A stretch of 64,000 nucleotides of DNA from Capsulimonadaceae bacterium (GCA_965215505.1 OZ244065.1:4800001-4864000); one strand, 5' to 3'; counted from the stretch's first letter, positions 50,518 through 60,613 are shown. Program-made: numbers and translations. The notes: a model not told the origin generated them from the letters alone.

Positions 50518-51372
50518 CTAGGCTTTCGCCAGGTGAACGTCAAGCGCGAGCTTGTCCCGGAACTTGCCGAAGTCAAGGCTGAGATCCAAGTAGTCGAGCG
50601 GCGCGTCGCACCGGTGTACGGCGGTGTGGTGGTTTGGGCAGAGCAGCATTAGGTTCTTCAAATCATCGTCCCCGCCCCGACTGAGCCAGTGGATGTGGTG
50701 GCCGTGGCAGAGGCTGTAACCGTAGATGTCGCGCGGGTCCCAGCGGCAGAGTTGGCAGCGCCCGTCATAAAGCCGCTGTAACTCGTCTACCAACTCGCGG
50801 TTCCGCGTGGGCGCTTTGCTGAACAGGTATTCCTGACGCGCCTCCGCTATGCAGGGGTGTTCCTCATGGAGCAGATCAATGACGGCCTGCGCGTCGCCCA
50901 GCAGCAGAGTCGCCTCTAGACGTTCTTCGGGCAAGAGGCGGGCGCGCGGCTCTTTCGGCAGTGCCCGAGCCGCCGCCGCTAGAACCTGATGGTCGGCAGC
51001 CGTCAGGGGGCGGACGGCGGCATTCCCTTGGAACGACTGGGACAGGATGGCGGCGTCGGACTTGGGCGAGAGATGCCGGATGACCTGCTCCATGTTGGGC
51101 TGCTGCTCGATCTCGAAATACCGAGACCGCGTGAGATCGCCCCAGACGCGGTAAGGCCCGTAGCGGTAGCCGGGCGGGTTCTTGGTCTTCGCGTGGACCA
51201 CCAATTCGGCGGCCAGCACGAAGCGCTTTCGGCTGTTGCGCGTGAAAGCCCACAGGCTGTCGCCGATGCTGAGGTCGTGGAGCAGTCTGTTATTGGAGTT
51301 CAGGTGGAAGCCGACACCATAGTCCAGGTCGCGCCGGTAGTTGTCGCTCCGCCAGTAGTAGAGTAGTGGCAT
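50518..51372 (-). CDS. HNH endonuclease with an uncharacterised N-terminal domain (candidate modification-dependent restriction enzyme)
   Basis: RNRELV...YDGRCQLC...HGHHIHWLSRGGDDDLKNLMLLCPNHH, a McrA-type HNH. Confidence 0.85.
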   Translation of the reverse strand: MPLLYYWRSDNYRRDLDYGVGFHLNSNNRLLHDLSIGDSLWAFTRNSRKRFVLAAELVVHAKTKNPPGYRYGPYRVWGDLTRSRYFEIEQQPNMEQVIRHLSPKSDAAILSQSFQGNAAVRPLTAADHQVLAAAARALPKEPRARLLPEERLEATLLLGDAQAVIDLLHEEHPCIAEARQEYLFSKAPTRNRELVDELQRLYDGRCQLCRWDPRDIYGYSLCHGHHIHWLSRGGDDDLKNLMLLCPNHHTAVHRCDAPLDYLDLSLDFGKFRDKLALDVHLAKA

Positions 51373-51530
51373 GGGGATAGGCCGGGAATCGGCTCGAAGT
51401 ACTCCTCGAGGCCACCGGCGTGTCAGCAGAGGACGAGAAGGCGGAACAGAGTCCCGGCCTTGCGGCAGGGACTCTGTTTTGGGCGATTGAAAGGATGGAT
51501 GCTGAAGAACGGGATGCTTCCCGGCCAGTT

Positions 51531-51764
51531 CTAGTACCCGTGGTGCGCGGCGGAGCGCAGGCGCGCGGCGTGGGCACGCAGCTTGGCGGCCTTGACGCGG
51601 TGGCCCATCATGGCGGCGTGGGCGGCCTTGCGGTCGAGCTTCGCGGCGTGCCTCATCTGGTGGTGCAATGGGTGGAGGACCTGTGCGCCTGCCGGGGCAG
51701 CGAGCGTGCCGAAAGCGAGAGCTGCCAGCCCCAACGCGGCCACAGACTTCTGAAGAATGTTCAT
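51531..51764 (-). CDS. Small secreted His/Ala/Lys/Arg-rich peptide
   Basis: AGAGGA RBS; Sec signal ending AGA; mature part QVLHPLHHQMRHAAKLDRKAAHAA... Confidence 0.7.
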   Translation of the reverse strand: MNILQKSVAALGLAALAFGTLAAPAGAQVLHPLHHQMRHAAKLDRKAAHAAMMGHRVKAAKLRAHAARLRSAAHHGY

Positions 51765-51795
51765 CGTCGTTTTCCTCTACTGCTAGTCCTATGTT

Positions 51796-53069
51796 TCAGT
51801 ACCGTACACTTTTCGCATGAGTCTTACTGACGGCGGCTGAGGTTGCCGCCTGGGGTATTCTTTGTTCCTACCACAGACCAAAGAAAGGCTCCCCATGAGC
51901 GACAACCTCAAGCGCTATTGTGCCACACTCCGTCACCTAAAGCAACTGTATCCGGAGGAGCCGACGGGCAATCTGGCCCGCCACCTCTGTACCCTGGCCG
52001 CCCTGGTCAGCGGCATCGTCGGCAGCAGGAGTTGCCACCTGCCGCAGATCGCCAGGAAGGTGCCCGACGGCAGCAAACACGAGAGCCGCAGCAAGCGCTT
52101 CGCCCGGTTCCTGCAAAACAAGAGCGTCACGCCGGAGACGTTCTTCCTGCCTTACGCCCAGGTACTCGCCGAGAGCCTGCCGCCTGGTCCGCTCGTGCTC
52201 ATCATGGACGGCAGCCAGGTCGGGCGCGGGTGCATGGCCTTGATGCTCAGTGTGCTATACGAACACAGAGGCCCGCAAGGCGACCGGAAGCGGGGCTTCG
52301 AGAAGATGCGGGCCTTGCCCCTGTGCTGGCTGGTCGTCCGGGCCAGGAAAGGCCACTTCTCGCAGGAGCGCCATCAAGAACTGCTGGCCCAGGCCAAGCA
52401 GATCCTTCCGCCACACCGGGCGGTGATCTTCCTGGGCGACGGCGAGTTCGACGGGCCGAGCCTGCTGGCGGATGTCTCGGCAGCCGGGTGGCGCTACGTC
52501 TGCCGCACGGCCAGGAACGTGCTCCTCTCGGAAGCCGACTGGCCCGACGAGACGTTCACGCTCTCGCAGATGATGGCCGACGGCGGCCTCAGACCCGGCG
52601 ACTGCGTAGAGTTGACCGATCTTCTGTTCAGCGCTCAGGGCCTGGGGCCGGTCTTAATGGGCGCGGTGTGGGAGCCGGATCAGGACGAGCCGCTGCTGCT
52701 GGTGACCAACCTTGAGTTCCTGCATGAAGCCCGCTTCTGGTACAAGAAGCGCTTCGGCATCGAGACGCTGTTCTCCGATCTGAAGAGCCGGGGCTTCCAC
52801 CTGGGCCACAGCCATCTGAGTGATCCGCCGCGCCTCTGCCGGCTGCTGATCGCTACTTGTTTGGCCTACTACTGGATGGTCTGTCTGGGCGTCGAGGTCC
52901 TGCGGCGCGGCTGGCAGAAGATCACTCACCGCGCCGACCGGTGCGACCTGAGCCTGTTCCAGATCGGCTTGACTTGGCTAGAACACTGCCTGGATGAAGG
53001 GCGTACTGTTCCCGTCAGGCTACAAGTGCGGGCAGCAAGTGAGACTTGAAGAAAGATGTACGGTAGTGA
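51796..53069 (+). mobile_element. IS4-family insertion sequence, 1274 bp
   Basis: Terminal inverted repeats tcagtaccgtacacttttc and gaaagatgtacggtagtga (16/19 match); 11-bp direct repeat agtcctatgtt at 51785-51795 and 53070-53080. Confidence 0.92.
51895..53049 (+). CDS. IS4-family DDE transposase
   Basis: IMDG, LGDGEF and the YREK signature YKKRFGIETLFSDLK; intact frame. Confidence 0.92.
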   Translation: MSDNLKRYCATLRHLKQLYPEEPTGNLARHLCTLAALVSGIVGSRSCHLPQIARKVPDGSKHESRSKRFARFLQNKSVTPETFFLPYAQVLAESLPPGPLVLIMDGSQVGRGCMALMLSVLYEHRGPQGDRKRGFEKMRALPLCWLVVRARKGHFSQERHQELLAQAKQILPPHRAVIFLGDGEFDGPSLLADVSAAGWRYVCRTARNVLLSEADWPDETFTLSQMMADGGLRPGDCVELTDLLFSAQGLGPVLMGAVWEPDQDEPLLLVTNLEFLHEARFWYKKRFGIETLFSDLKSRGFHLGHSHLSDPPRLCRLLIATCLAYYWMVCLGVEVLRRGWQKITHRADRCDLSLFQIGLTWLEHCLDEGRTVPVRLQVRAASET

Positions 53070-53322
53070 AGTCCTATGTTACGGAGATCGTCAGCGGCCC
53101 CGAACATTTCGGGAAGCGATGCGAGTATTAAAAAAGTTCCGTCTCGGCGGGTTCGTACAAATAATGAATGAAGATTTATGGGTTAAGGGTGGTGCTTGGG
53201 AGAACCAGTGATGTCCATCCGCAACAAAAACGGGTGAAATCAAATTGGGAGAGTTCCGACAAGAGCCTATCGGAGCGTTCCTGGTGTCATAACCACAAAC
53301 CAATGCCCGGAGGAAATAGATA

Positions 53323-54201
53323 ATGTCCACTATGACGTCCACCACACTGCCCGGAGGCACGTTCACGCTTGCCGATGATCTCACCCTGACCCGCGTGGGC
53401 TATGGGGCCATGCAACTCGCCGGGCCGCACGTCTTCGGGCCGCCCGCCGACCACGACGGCGCGCTCGCGGTCCTGCGCGAAGTCGTTGCGCTCGGGATCA
53501 ACCACATTGACACCAGCGACTTCTACGGCCCGCATGTCACCAATCAGCTCATCAAAGAGGCGCTGCATCCCTACCCGGAGCAGCTTCGGCTCGTCACCAA
53601 AGTCGGCGCGCGGCGGGACGCGGAAGGCGGTTGGCCCAGGGCGCTTGCACCCCACGAGCTGCGCCAGGCCGTCCATGACAACCTCGCGAACCTCGGCGTC
53701 AGCGCGCTCGACGTGGTCAACCTGCGGGTCGGCGGGCTGGACGCGCCCGCGCCAGGCTCACTCGCGGAGCCGTTCGAGGTGCTGGCCGAAATGCAGCGGG
53801 AGGGCCTGATCAGGCACCTCGGGGTCAGCAACGTCAGCGCCGAGCAGATCGCCGAGGCGCAGTCCATCGCGCCGGTCGTCTGCGTCCAGAACTTCTACAA
53901 CATCGCCAACCGTCGAGACGATTCGCTGATTGACTCCCTTGCCGAGCAAGGCACCGCCTATGTGCCGTTCTTCCCGCTCGGCGGCTTCTCGCCGCTGCAA
54001 TCCGATACGCTCTCCGGCGTCGCCGCCCGGCTGGAGACGACCCCCATGGCCGTCGCCCTGGCCTGGCTCTTGCAGCGCTCCCCGAACATCCTGCTCATCC
54101 CCGGAACATCGTCCGTGAAGCATCTGCGGGAGAACGTCGCCGGGGCGGCCCTGCATCTGCCCGAGGACGCGCTTCAAGAGCTGAACGGCATTGCCGGATA
54201 A
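53323..54201 (+). CDS. Aldo/keto reductase
   Basis: GYGAMQL, IDTSDFYG, TKVG, GVSN, VQNFYN, IPGTSSVKHLREN; GGAGGA RBS. Confidence 0.93.
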   Translation: MSTMTSTTLPGGTFTLADDLTLTRVGYGAMQLAGPHVFGPPADHDGALAVLREVVALGINHIDTSDFYGPHVTNQLIKEALHPYPEQLRLVTKVGARRDAEGGWPRALAPHELRQAVHDNLANLGVSALDVVNLRVGGLDAPAPGSLAEPFEVLAEMQREGLIRHLGVSNVSAEQIAEAQSIAPVVCVQNFYNIANRRDDSLIDSLAEQGTAYVPFFPLGGFSPLQSDTLSGVAARLETTPMAVALAWLLQRSPNILLIPGTSSVKHLRENVAGAALHLPEDALQELNGIAG

Positions 54202-54208
54202 GCATCCG

Positions 54209-54248
54209 AAAGCCCCTGCCATTCCTCTCGTGGCATGGCAGGGGCTTT
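54209..54248. terminator. Probable bidirectional terminator between convergent genes
   Basis: aaagcccctgccat...atggcaggggcttt stem-loop. Confidence 0.7.
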
Positions 54249-54292
54249 CCTGTGGCTTCTTTATCGGCCGGAGAAAGGATCAAAAAACAGGA

Positions 54293-54868
54293 TCAGGCAG
54301 ACGCCTTCACATTCGCCTTCTTCCGCCGGACCGCCAGGATCAGCCCCGCGAGGCCCAGGGCACCGCAGGAAAAGGCGGCCATGGAGGACGGCTCGGGGAC
54401 GGCGGCAGGAAGGGCACCCGGCCCCACGGTGGAACCGCCCCTGCTGTCGCCGTTGTCGGCGTTCCGCACCAGGAAGGAGTCGGTGCCGGCGGGGGCCGTC
54501 GTCTGGAAGCTGAAGCCGCCCAGGGTCTGCCCCGTCCCGATGTCGGTCGAGGGGTCCGTCGAGAGCCACTGGACGAAGGTGTCGCCGGTCGTATAAAGGT
54601 CAATGAAGCCCGTAGGGGCCGTGATGTTGGTCAGCGCGCTGGTGGTCGGGACGGCGAGATCGAACTCCCCGATCGTTTCCGTGCCGGTGTTGGTCAGGGT
54701 GTAGGTGAAGGTGCTGGGCGTGCCCGGCGTGAAGACCGGGAGGATGGTGACATTGACCTGGGCGCGGGCCGGCCCCGGCAGCCAGACGGCGGCCAGCAGC
54801 GCCAGCGCTAGGGTGATCGTTTTCAACAGGGTGCCCTGTTTCGAGCCGGCAGATCGTAGAAGCAGCAT
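54293..54868 (-). CDS. PEP-CTERM sorting domain protein
   Basis: Signal peptide ending ARA, Thr-rich body, then VPEPSS, a TM and RRKK. Confidence 0.9.
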   Translation of the reverse strand: MLLLRSAGSKQGTLLKTITLALALLAAVWLPGPARAQVNVTILPVFTPGTPSTFTYTLTNTGTETIGEFDLAVPTTSALTNITAPTGFIDLYTTGDTFVQWLSTDPSTDIGTGQTLGGFSFQTTAPAGTDSFLVRNADNGDSRGGSTVGPGALPAAVPEPSSMAAFSCGALGLAGLILAVRRKKANVKASA

Positions 54869-54904
54869 GGAAGTTCCTTTCAGTAGCGAAATGAGACCTA
54901 ACCC

Positions 54905-56170
54905 CTAGTGCGGGACACCCACATAGGGGAACACGTTCAGCGTGTCGCGGTGCGGCCCGACGTTGTCGGTCTCGAACTGCGGCTTTTCTTTTCCGTCGTC
55001 GGGGGCCAGGCCCAGGGCGGGGATGACGGGGCCGAAGATCGTCATCAGGTCAATGTCCACGACGTCGTCGGTCAAGGCCCGCCCGCCGAATGTCCCGCCG
55101 GTGAAGCCCCCGGTCTCCACGCCGAGGTAGGACGCTTTGCCCGGCTGCGACAGGTCGGCGACCAGCACGTCGGGGATGAGCACCGCCGCCGCCACGTTGC
55201 TGATGGCGGCGGACCGGCCCGCCGGGAAGTTGAAGAAGCCCAGGAAGTCGCTTTTGGACTGGCCGGCGTCGTCCGTCGGATTGTCCATGTCGTACACCTG
55301 ATGGCGATTGTTGGTGACCGTGGACAGGATCGTCTTGATGAAGGGACGCCCCTCCCGGTCCTGCTGGGTGTAGCTGAAACTGGGAGCGCCGGTGGGCAGG
55401 CTCGTGGTCTCCCAGAGTCGCACCACGCCCCCGCCGAGCCTCGCCTTGGGCAGCTCGACGACGATGGACAGCACGTTGAGGTTGGCGAAGAAATCCACCG
55501 CCGGGGTGGAGTCGAAGCCCGAGCCGGACGGGAAGCCCCGGAATCCGTTGATCTGCGGCGTGTTGGCGGCCATGATGCCGGCCGAGTTCACCTGGCTGCC
55601 GGTCAGCGGCGTCATGCGGTCCGGGAAGATGCCGTAGAAGCGGTTCAGGTCGAAGAAGAATGGGTCCGAGCGCGCCCCGGCGAAGACCTGCATCCCCGGC
55701 GTCGGCGAGAACGCCTGGTTGATCGTCCCCGTCACAGCGTAGGGGCGGCCCGTCAGCGTCGTGGTCCCGGTTTGAAGGGGCTTGGAGGGGCCTGAGATAA
55801 TAACGCGCTGGCTCGCGCCGGTGCCGGTGAACCGGGCCTGGATGACCAGGTCCTCGACGTAATCGCCGGTGGTGTCTATCTTAAACTGGTACAGGACATC
55901 GGGGTCGAACGAGACATTCCCTCCTTGTCCGGCGGGGATCAGGGCATGGACATCCATGACCAGGACCACGTTGTTTGCGTTGGTAGGACTGGGGAACAGA
56001 TAAGCGTCGGCGATGTCCGCGCCGATCCGGTTGACGTTCGCCGCCGTGTCGGCGGCATCGGCGGCCCGTGCGGTGCCGGAGCTGAGGAGGGGGGACAGGC
56101 AAAGCGAAGCCGCTGCCAGAAGCAGCGCTGCCTTTGTCCGTGTCCGTTTGACGAGGGGCGGGAATGTCAT
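54905..56170 (-). CDS. Secreted DUF4331-like protein
   Basis: Signal peptide; ADIADAYLFPSP, YQFKID, FAGARSDPFFFD, NVLSIVVELP, GRALTDDVVD, FPY. Confidence 0.8.
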   Translation of the reverse strand: MTFPPLVKRTRTKAALLLAAASLCLSPLLSSGTARAADAADTAANVNRIGADIADAYLFPSPTNANNVVLVMDVHALIPAGQGGNVSFDPDVLYQFKIDTTGDYVEDLVIQARFTGTGASQRVIISGPSKPLQTGTTTLTGRPYAVTGTINQAFSPTPGMQVFAGARSDPFFFDLNRFYGIFPDRMTPLTGSQVNSAGIMAANTPQINGFRGFPSGSGFDSTPAVDFFANLNVLSIVVELPKARLGGGVVRLWETTSLPTGAPSFSYTQQDREGRPFIKTILSTVTNNRHQVYDMDNPTDDAGQSKSDFLGFFNFPAGRSAAISNVAAAVLIPDVLVADLSQPGKASYLGVETGGFTGGTFGGRALTDDVVDIDLMTIFGPVIPALGLAPDDGKEKPQFETDNVGPHRDTLNVFPYVGVPH

Positions 56171-56437
56171 CGTGATGCTCCTTGAAGGTAGAGTGCCTAG
56201 CCGCCCTTTGGGCTCGGCCGTTTCACTGCTACGGAGTCATTATCCTCGCCCTGCGTAACTCAAAGCGTAACCAAAACGAAGGATTCTGGGAGAAATTTCA
56301 CAGCATGGATCTCGGCGGCAATGACCTGGAGGCCAGCGGCAGCCTGGGCCGGCGCTTTCCTGGCATCAATGTCGCTGGTATTCGTCTATGTGATTCAAGG
56401 ACTCAACGGCATCGCCGGTTAGGACCCAGGACAGACC

Positions 56438-56470
56438 AGAACCGCCCGACTGTCACAATCGGGCGGTTCT
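56438..56470 (-). terminator. Stem-loop downstream of the amidohydrolase
   Basis: agaaccgcccga...tcgggcggttct, 12-bp stem; U-tract is weak. Confidence 0.5.
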
Positions 56471-56482
56471 CCCGTCTCCCGC

Positions 56483-57676
56483 TTACGCGCCGTTCCTCAA
56501 CCCACCGCCCAATGCGAGGTGCGTGAACATGCCGACGCCGTGCGCCAGCGCGCCGTCGGAGAAGTTGTAGGTCGGCGTGTGCAGGGCCGTCACGTCCGTG
56601 CCGACGCCGAGCCGGAACATCGCGCCGGGGACATCGCGGAGGTAATAGGCGAAGTCCTCCCCGCCCATCGAGGGCGTCTCCAGGAAGGCGACGTTGTCCG
56701 GCCCCAGCAGAGCGCGCCCGACCGCCTCGATGCGCGCCGTCACATCGGCGTCGTTGACGACCACGGGCGGGCCGGGGTCATAGGTGAAATTGTACTCGGC
56801 GCGGAAGGCCGCGCACAGGCCCGCCGCGATCCGCTCCATCTTGCCGGGCATCGAGTTCCGGAGGGTATTGCTGAGGCAGCGCACCGTCCCCTTCAGCTCG
56901 GCAACGCCGGGGATGACGTTGTAGGCGGTCCCGGCGTGGAACTGCGTGACCGAGACGACCACCGAGTCGAGCGGCGAGACCTCGCGCGAGGCTAATGTCT
57001 GGAAGGCGGCGACGATCTGCGCGCCGATGACGACCGGGTCCACGGTCGTGTGGGAGTAGGCCGCATGGCCGCCCTTGCCCCGGATGGTCAGGTCGAAGCG
57101 GTCCGCGCTCGCCATCATCGGGCCGGGCCGGTAGCCGATCTGCCCGATCTCCAAGTTCGGCCAGCCGTGCAGGGCGACGATGGACTCGACCCCTTCCAGC
57201 GCCCCTTCGGCGATCATCGCGTCCGCCCCGCCCGTCGTCTCCTCGGCGGGCTGGAAAAGGAACTTGACCGGTCCGGGCAGGTATTCTTTAAGCTGTGCCA
57301 GGGCGTTGGCCGCCCCCAGCAGGGTCGCCGTATGCCCGTCATGCCCGCAGGCGTGCATGACCCCCGCGCTGCACGAGGCATACGCCAGCCCGCTGGTCTC
57401 CTGGATCGGCAGGGCGTCCATGTCCGCCCGCAGCGCGAACATCGGGCCATCTTTAGACCCCCGCAGTATGCCGGTGACGCCGTGCCCGGCCAGCCCCGTC
57501 CGGACGTCTTCCACGCCCCAGCCGCGCAGCCTCTCGGCGACCAGGGCCGCCGTCTGCGCCTCGGACCCGCTCAGTTCCGGGTTCCGGTGCAGGTGGTGTC
57601 GTGTTTCCACCACTTCGGGTAGAATGCGTTCAATGACCGCGCCAACGGCGGTTGTAAGAAAATCAGTGTCGGGCAT
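56483..57676 (-). CDS. M20D family amidohydrolase
   Basis: LHRNPELS, ALRADMDALP, MHACGHDGH, FQPAEE, GKGGHAA, MGGEDFAYY. Confidence 0.95.
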   Translation of the reverse strand: MPDTDFLTTAVGAVIERILPEVVETRHHLHRNPELSGSEAQTAALVAERLRGWGVEDVRTGLAGHGVTGILRGSKDGPMFALRADMDALPIQETSGLAYASCSAGVMHACGHDGHTATLLGAANALAQLKEYLPGPVKFLFQPAEETTGGADAMIAEGALEGVESIVALHGWPNLEIGQIGYRPGPMMASADRFDLTIRGKGGHAAYSHTTVDPVVIGAQIVAAFQTLASREVSPLDSVVVSVTQFHAGTAYNVIPGVAELKGTVRCLSNTLRNSMPGKMERIAAGLCAAFRAEYNFTYDPGPPVVVNDADVTARIEAVGRALLGPDNVAFLETPSMGGEDFAYYLRDVPGAMFRLGVGTDVTALHTPTYNFSDGALAHGVGMFTHLALGGGLRNGA

Positions 57677-57742
57677 GATGCCAGGCCTTTCCGAGACGAG
57701 GGATACGCTCTTAATTCGCCGGGAGGGCGGCGGGTTCCTGCC

Positions 57743-57923
57743 TCCTATCCCCGGCGCGAGCGCCGACCCTTCCCTCGGAGGGAAGGGTGGGTAAATAGGG
57801 GCCAGGGCACCTCCCCTTTCCAGCCTCACGCGCTCGGTAGGCCACTCGATAAAACAAACCAAACCCTCCATTTACCCACCCTTCCCTCCGAGGGAAGGGT
57901 CGGCGCTCGCGCCGGGGATAGGA
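57743..57923. repeat. REPIN/MITE-like element with 54-bp perfect inverted repeats
   Basis: 57743-57796 is the exact reverse complement of 57870-57923; 73-bp spacer; each arm has the hairpin acccttccctcggagggaagggt. Confidence 0.9.
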
Positions 57924-57933
57924 TCAGAAAAGC

Positions 57934-58899
57934 ATGTCATCATCACTCCCCATCGCCATCTACTACGAACACCCGGACTGGTTCCGGCCCCTCTTCGCCG
58001 AACTCGATCGGCGCGGCACGGACTACGTCAAGCTGGACGCCCGGCGGCACTTCTATGACCCGGCACAAGCGACGCGCGAATACGGCGTCCTGTTCAACCG
58101 CATGAGTCCGTCGGCCTATCTGCGCTCGGACCATCCCGGCATCTTCTACACCCTGGGCTACCTCGCCCACCTGGAGCGGCTGGGGACGCGCGTCGTCAAT
58201 GGGACGCGGGCGTTCACGACCGAGACCTCTAAGGCCCTGCAACTGACCCTGCTGCAAGGGCTGGGCCTGGCCTACCCGCGTGCGCGCGTCATCGGCGACC
58301 CCGCCGCCGCGCCCGCCGCGTCCGGGGGCCTGCGCTTCCCGGTCGTCGTCAAGGCCAACATCGGCGGCAGCGGCGCGGGCGTCGTGCGCTATGACTCGCT
58401 GGAAGAACTGGCGCGGGCGGCGCAGGCAGGCAGCATAGACCTGGGCATTGACAAGACCGCCTTGGTCCAGGAGTTCGTCCCCGCCCGCGACGGCCGCATC
58501 ACCCGCGTCGAGACACTGGGCGGCAAGTACCTGTACGCCATCCACGTCTACACGCCCGGCGACAGCTTCAACCTCTGCCCCGCCGACATCTGCCAGACGA
58601 CGGACGGCGTGGAACTGGCGCGCGGCGCGGCTCCTGCGGACGCGCCCAAGAACAGAATGCGCGTGGAAGGCTACACGCCCCCGGACGAGGTCACCAATGC
58701 GGTCGAGCGCATCATGGCGGCGTCGGGAATAGATGTCGGCGGCATCGAGTACATGATAGACGACCGCGACGGGAGCCTGGTCTACTATGACATCAATGCC
58801 CTGTCCAACTTCGTCGCCGACGCCCCGCGCGTCGTCGGCTTCGACCCTTTCGCGCGCTTGGCCGATTATCTGGAAGAAGCCAGCTCGCGTTTTTCATAG
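57934..58899 (+). CDS. RimK-like ATP-grasp ligase
   Basis: FNRMSPS, FPVVVKANIGGSGAGV, LVQEFV, GGIEY, YDINALSNF. Confidence 0.88.
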   Translation: MSSSLPIAIYYEHPDWFRPLFAELDRRGTDYVKLDARRHFYDPAQATREYGVLFNRMSPSAYLRSDHPGIFYTLGYLAHLERLGTRVVNGTRAFTTETSKALQLTLLQGLGLAYPRARVIGDPAAAPAASGGLRFPVVVKANIGGSGAGVVRYDSLEELARAAQAGSIDLGIDKTALVQEFVPARDGRITRVETLGGKYLYAIHVYTPGDSFNLCPADICQTTDGVELARGAAPADAPKNRMRVEGYTPPDEVTNAVERIMAASGIDVGGIEYMIDDRDGSLVYYDINALSNFVADAPRVVGFDPFARLADYLEEASSRFS

Positions 58900-58973
58900 C
58901 GCAACTCACCGGTAACAAATGGGTGTGTGCCAGACAGTCAAGACGAGATGATTGGATGTAATCAGGCATAGCA

Positions 58974-59234
58974 ATGCGATACCCGATTTTAAGACAAAAA
59001 GAAGTAGCGGAAGCACTGTGGGCATATCGGAATGCCGTGGTGGAAGAGGCCCATACCGACATGCGTATGGAGGCCTTTCTGAGCGAGGCGAGTGACCCCG
59101 CCGTGACGAAGCGGGAGCTGGATGCGCTGGGCGAGCGTTTTGAGGCGGCAAGCGAGCACGCGATAGCGGCAGTCAAGTCAGCCTACGATGCGCTGGAAAT
59201 AGCCCTTCAGGCAACAAAAGACCGGCCTTCGTGA
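58974..59234 (+). CDS. Small helical hypothetical protein
   Basis: AT-richer ORF; GTGA overlap with the next ORF. Confidence 0.5.
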   Translation: MRYPILRQKEVAEALWAYRNAVVEEAHTDMRMEAFLSEASDPAVTKRELDALGERFEAASEHAIAAVKSAYDALEIALQATKDRPS

Positions 59235-59554
59235 AAAGGATCGGGAGATCGGTTACTATGAAAGATGAGCTGTATACTGGCATATGGACGCTCAATGATA
59301 AAGACTCCGGCCTTTTGTTCGCAGCGGTCGGCGCGTTCGGGCCTCCAGATCGAACCGGCATAGTCCGTTTGACTCTGAATAGCGGTCGTGTCAAATGGGA
59401 GGTGGATGAAGAAGGGGTCGTGTCCATTGACTTCCCAGAGCAACAAGCGCGTCAACTGGCGGAACAGCTCTTTGTGGTTGCCGTTAAACTGGAGCATCTG
59501 CGGTTATTGGACCGTAATCGTGTGCGGGATGGGGAAGCTACACCCGAAGGCTGA
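59231..59554 (+). CDS. Small hypothetical protein
   Basis: AT-richer ORF; the start may be the internal ATG (MKDELY) after GGGAG. Confidence 0.5.
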   Translation: MKRIGRSVTMKDELYTGIWTLNDKDSGLLFAAVGAFGPPDRTGIVRLTLNSGRVKWEVDEEGVVSIDFPEQQARQLAEQLFVVAVKLEHLRLLDRNRVRDGEATPEG

Positions 59555-59590
59555 ACCGCCTGCGATCTGACGTGATTAGAAGAGGAATGA

Positions 59591-60613
59591 ATGCGCTACG
59601 GCTACTGGATGCCCGTCTTCGGCGGCTGGCTGCGGAACGTGGAAGACGAGAACATGGCGGCGACCTGGGACTACGCCAAGCGGCTGGCCGTCCGCGCCGA
59701 GCAGATCGGGTTTGACCTGACGCTGATCGCCGAACTCAACCTGAACGACATCAAGGGCACGGACGCCCCCTGCCTGGATGCCTGGTCCACGGCGGCGGCC
59801 CTGGCCGCCGTCACCCACAAACAGGAATTGATGATCGCCGTCCGCCCCGCCTACCATGCCCCCGCCCTGCTCGCCAAGCAGGCCGCCAACATTGACAACA
59901 TCAGCGGCGGGCGGCTGTCCCTCAACGTCGTTTCCTCCTGGTGGGCCGACGAGGCGCGGCAGTACGGCGTGACGTTCGACCAGCACGAGAGCCGCTACGC
60001 CCGCACCGAGGAGTGGCTGGCCGTCGTCAATGGCCTGTGGACACAGGAACGGTTCACGCACTCGGGCGCGCTGTACCAGGTGGAAGACGCCATCTTGTCG
60101 CCCAAACCCGTCTCCAAACCGCGCCCGGTCGTCTACGCGGGCGGCGAGTCCGAGGCGGCGAAGGAACTCATCGCGCGCACCTGCGACGCCTACGTCATGC
60201 ACGGCGACCCGCCCGAAAGGGTGGGGGAAAAGATCGCCGACATGCGCGCCCGCCGGGAGCGACTAGGCCTGCCGCCGATGACCTACGGCGTAGCCGGCTA
60301 TGCCATCGTCCGCGACTCCGAAGCCGAGGCCGAGGCGGAGCGCGGGCGCATCACCGACGTGCAGCAGAACGCGGCGGGCTACTCCAACTACCAGCAGTGG
60401 CTGTCGGGAACGAAGCTCGAACAGCAGGTGTCGCTCGAAGACTACTCCGTCTCCAACCGGGGCCTGCGCTCGGGCCTGGTCGGGACGCCCGCCCAGGTTC
60501 AGGACCGCGTCGGCGCGTTTGAGGCCGTCGGCGTGGATCTATTGCTGCTCCAGTTCAGCCCGCAGTATGAGGAGATGGAGCGGTTCGGGGAGACGGTGAT
60601 CGGGGCGGTCTAG
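59591..60613 (+). CDS. Luciferase-like (LLM) flavin-dependent monooxygenase, SsuD/SfnG-related
   Basis: [52 protein letters not shown]. Confidence 0.9.
   Translation: MRYGYWMPVFGGWLRNVEDENMAATWDYAKRLAVRAEQIGFDLTLIAELNLNDIKGTDAPCLDAWSTAAALAAVTHKQELMIAVRPAYHAPALLAKQAANIDNISGGRLSLNVVSSWWADEARQYGVTFDQHESRYARTEEWLAVVNGLWTQERFTHSGALYQVEDAILSPKPVSKPRPVVYAGGESEAAKELIARTCDAYVMHGDPPERVGEKIADMRARRERLGLPPMTYGVAGYAIVRDSEAEAEAERGRITDVQQNAAGYSNYQQWLSGTKLEQQVSLEDYSVSNRGLRSGLVGTPAQVQDRVGAFEAVGVDLLLLQFSPQYEEMERFGETVIGAV

Noticed and set aside
56253-56271. Direct repeat gcgtaac twice upstream of the DUF4331-like gene as a regulator site
   Set aside because: Only 7 bp, two copies and no second locus for support; could be chance.
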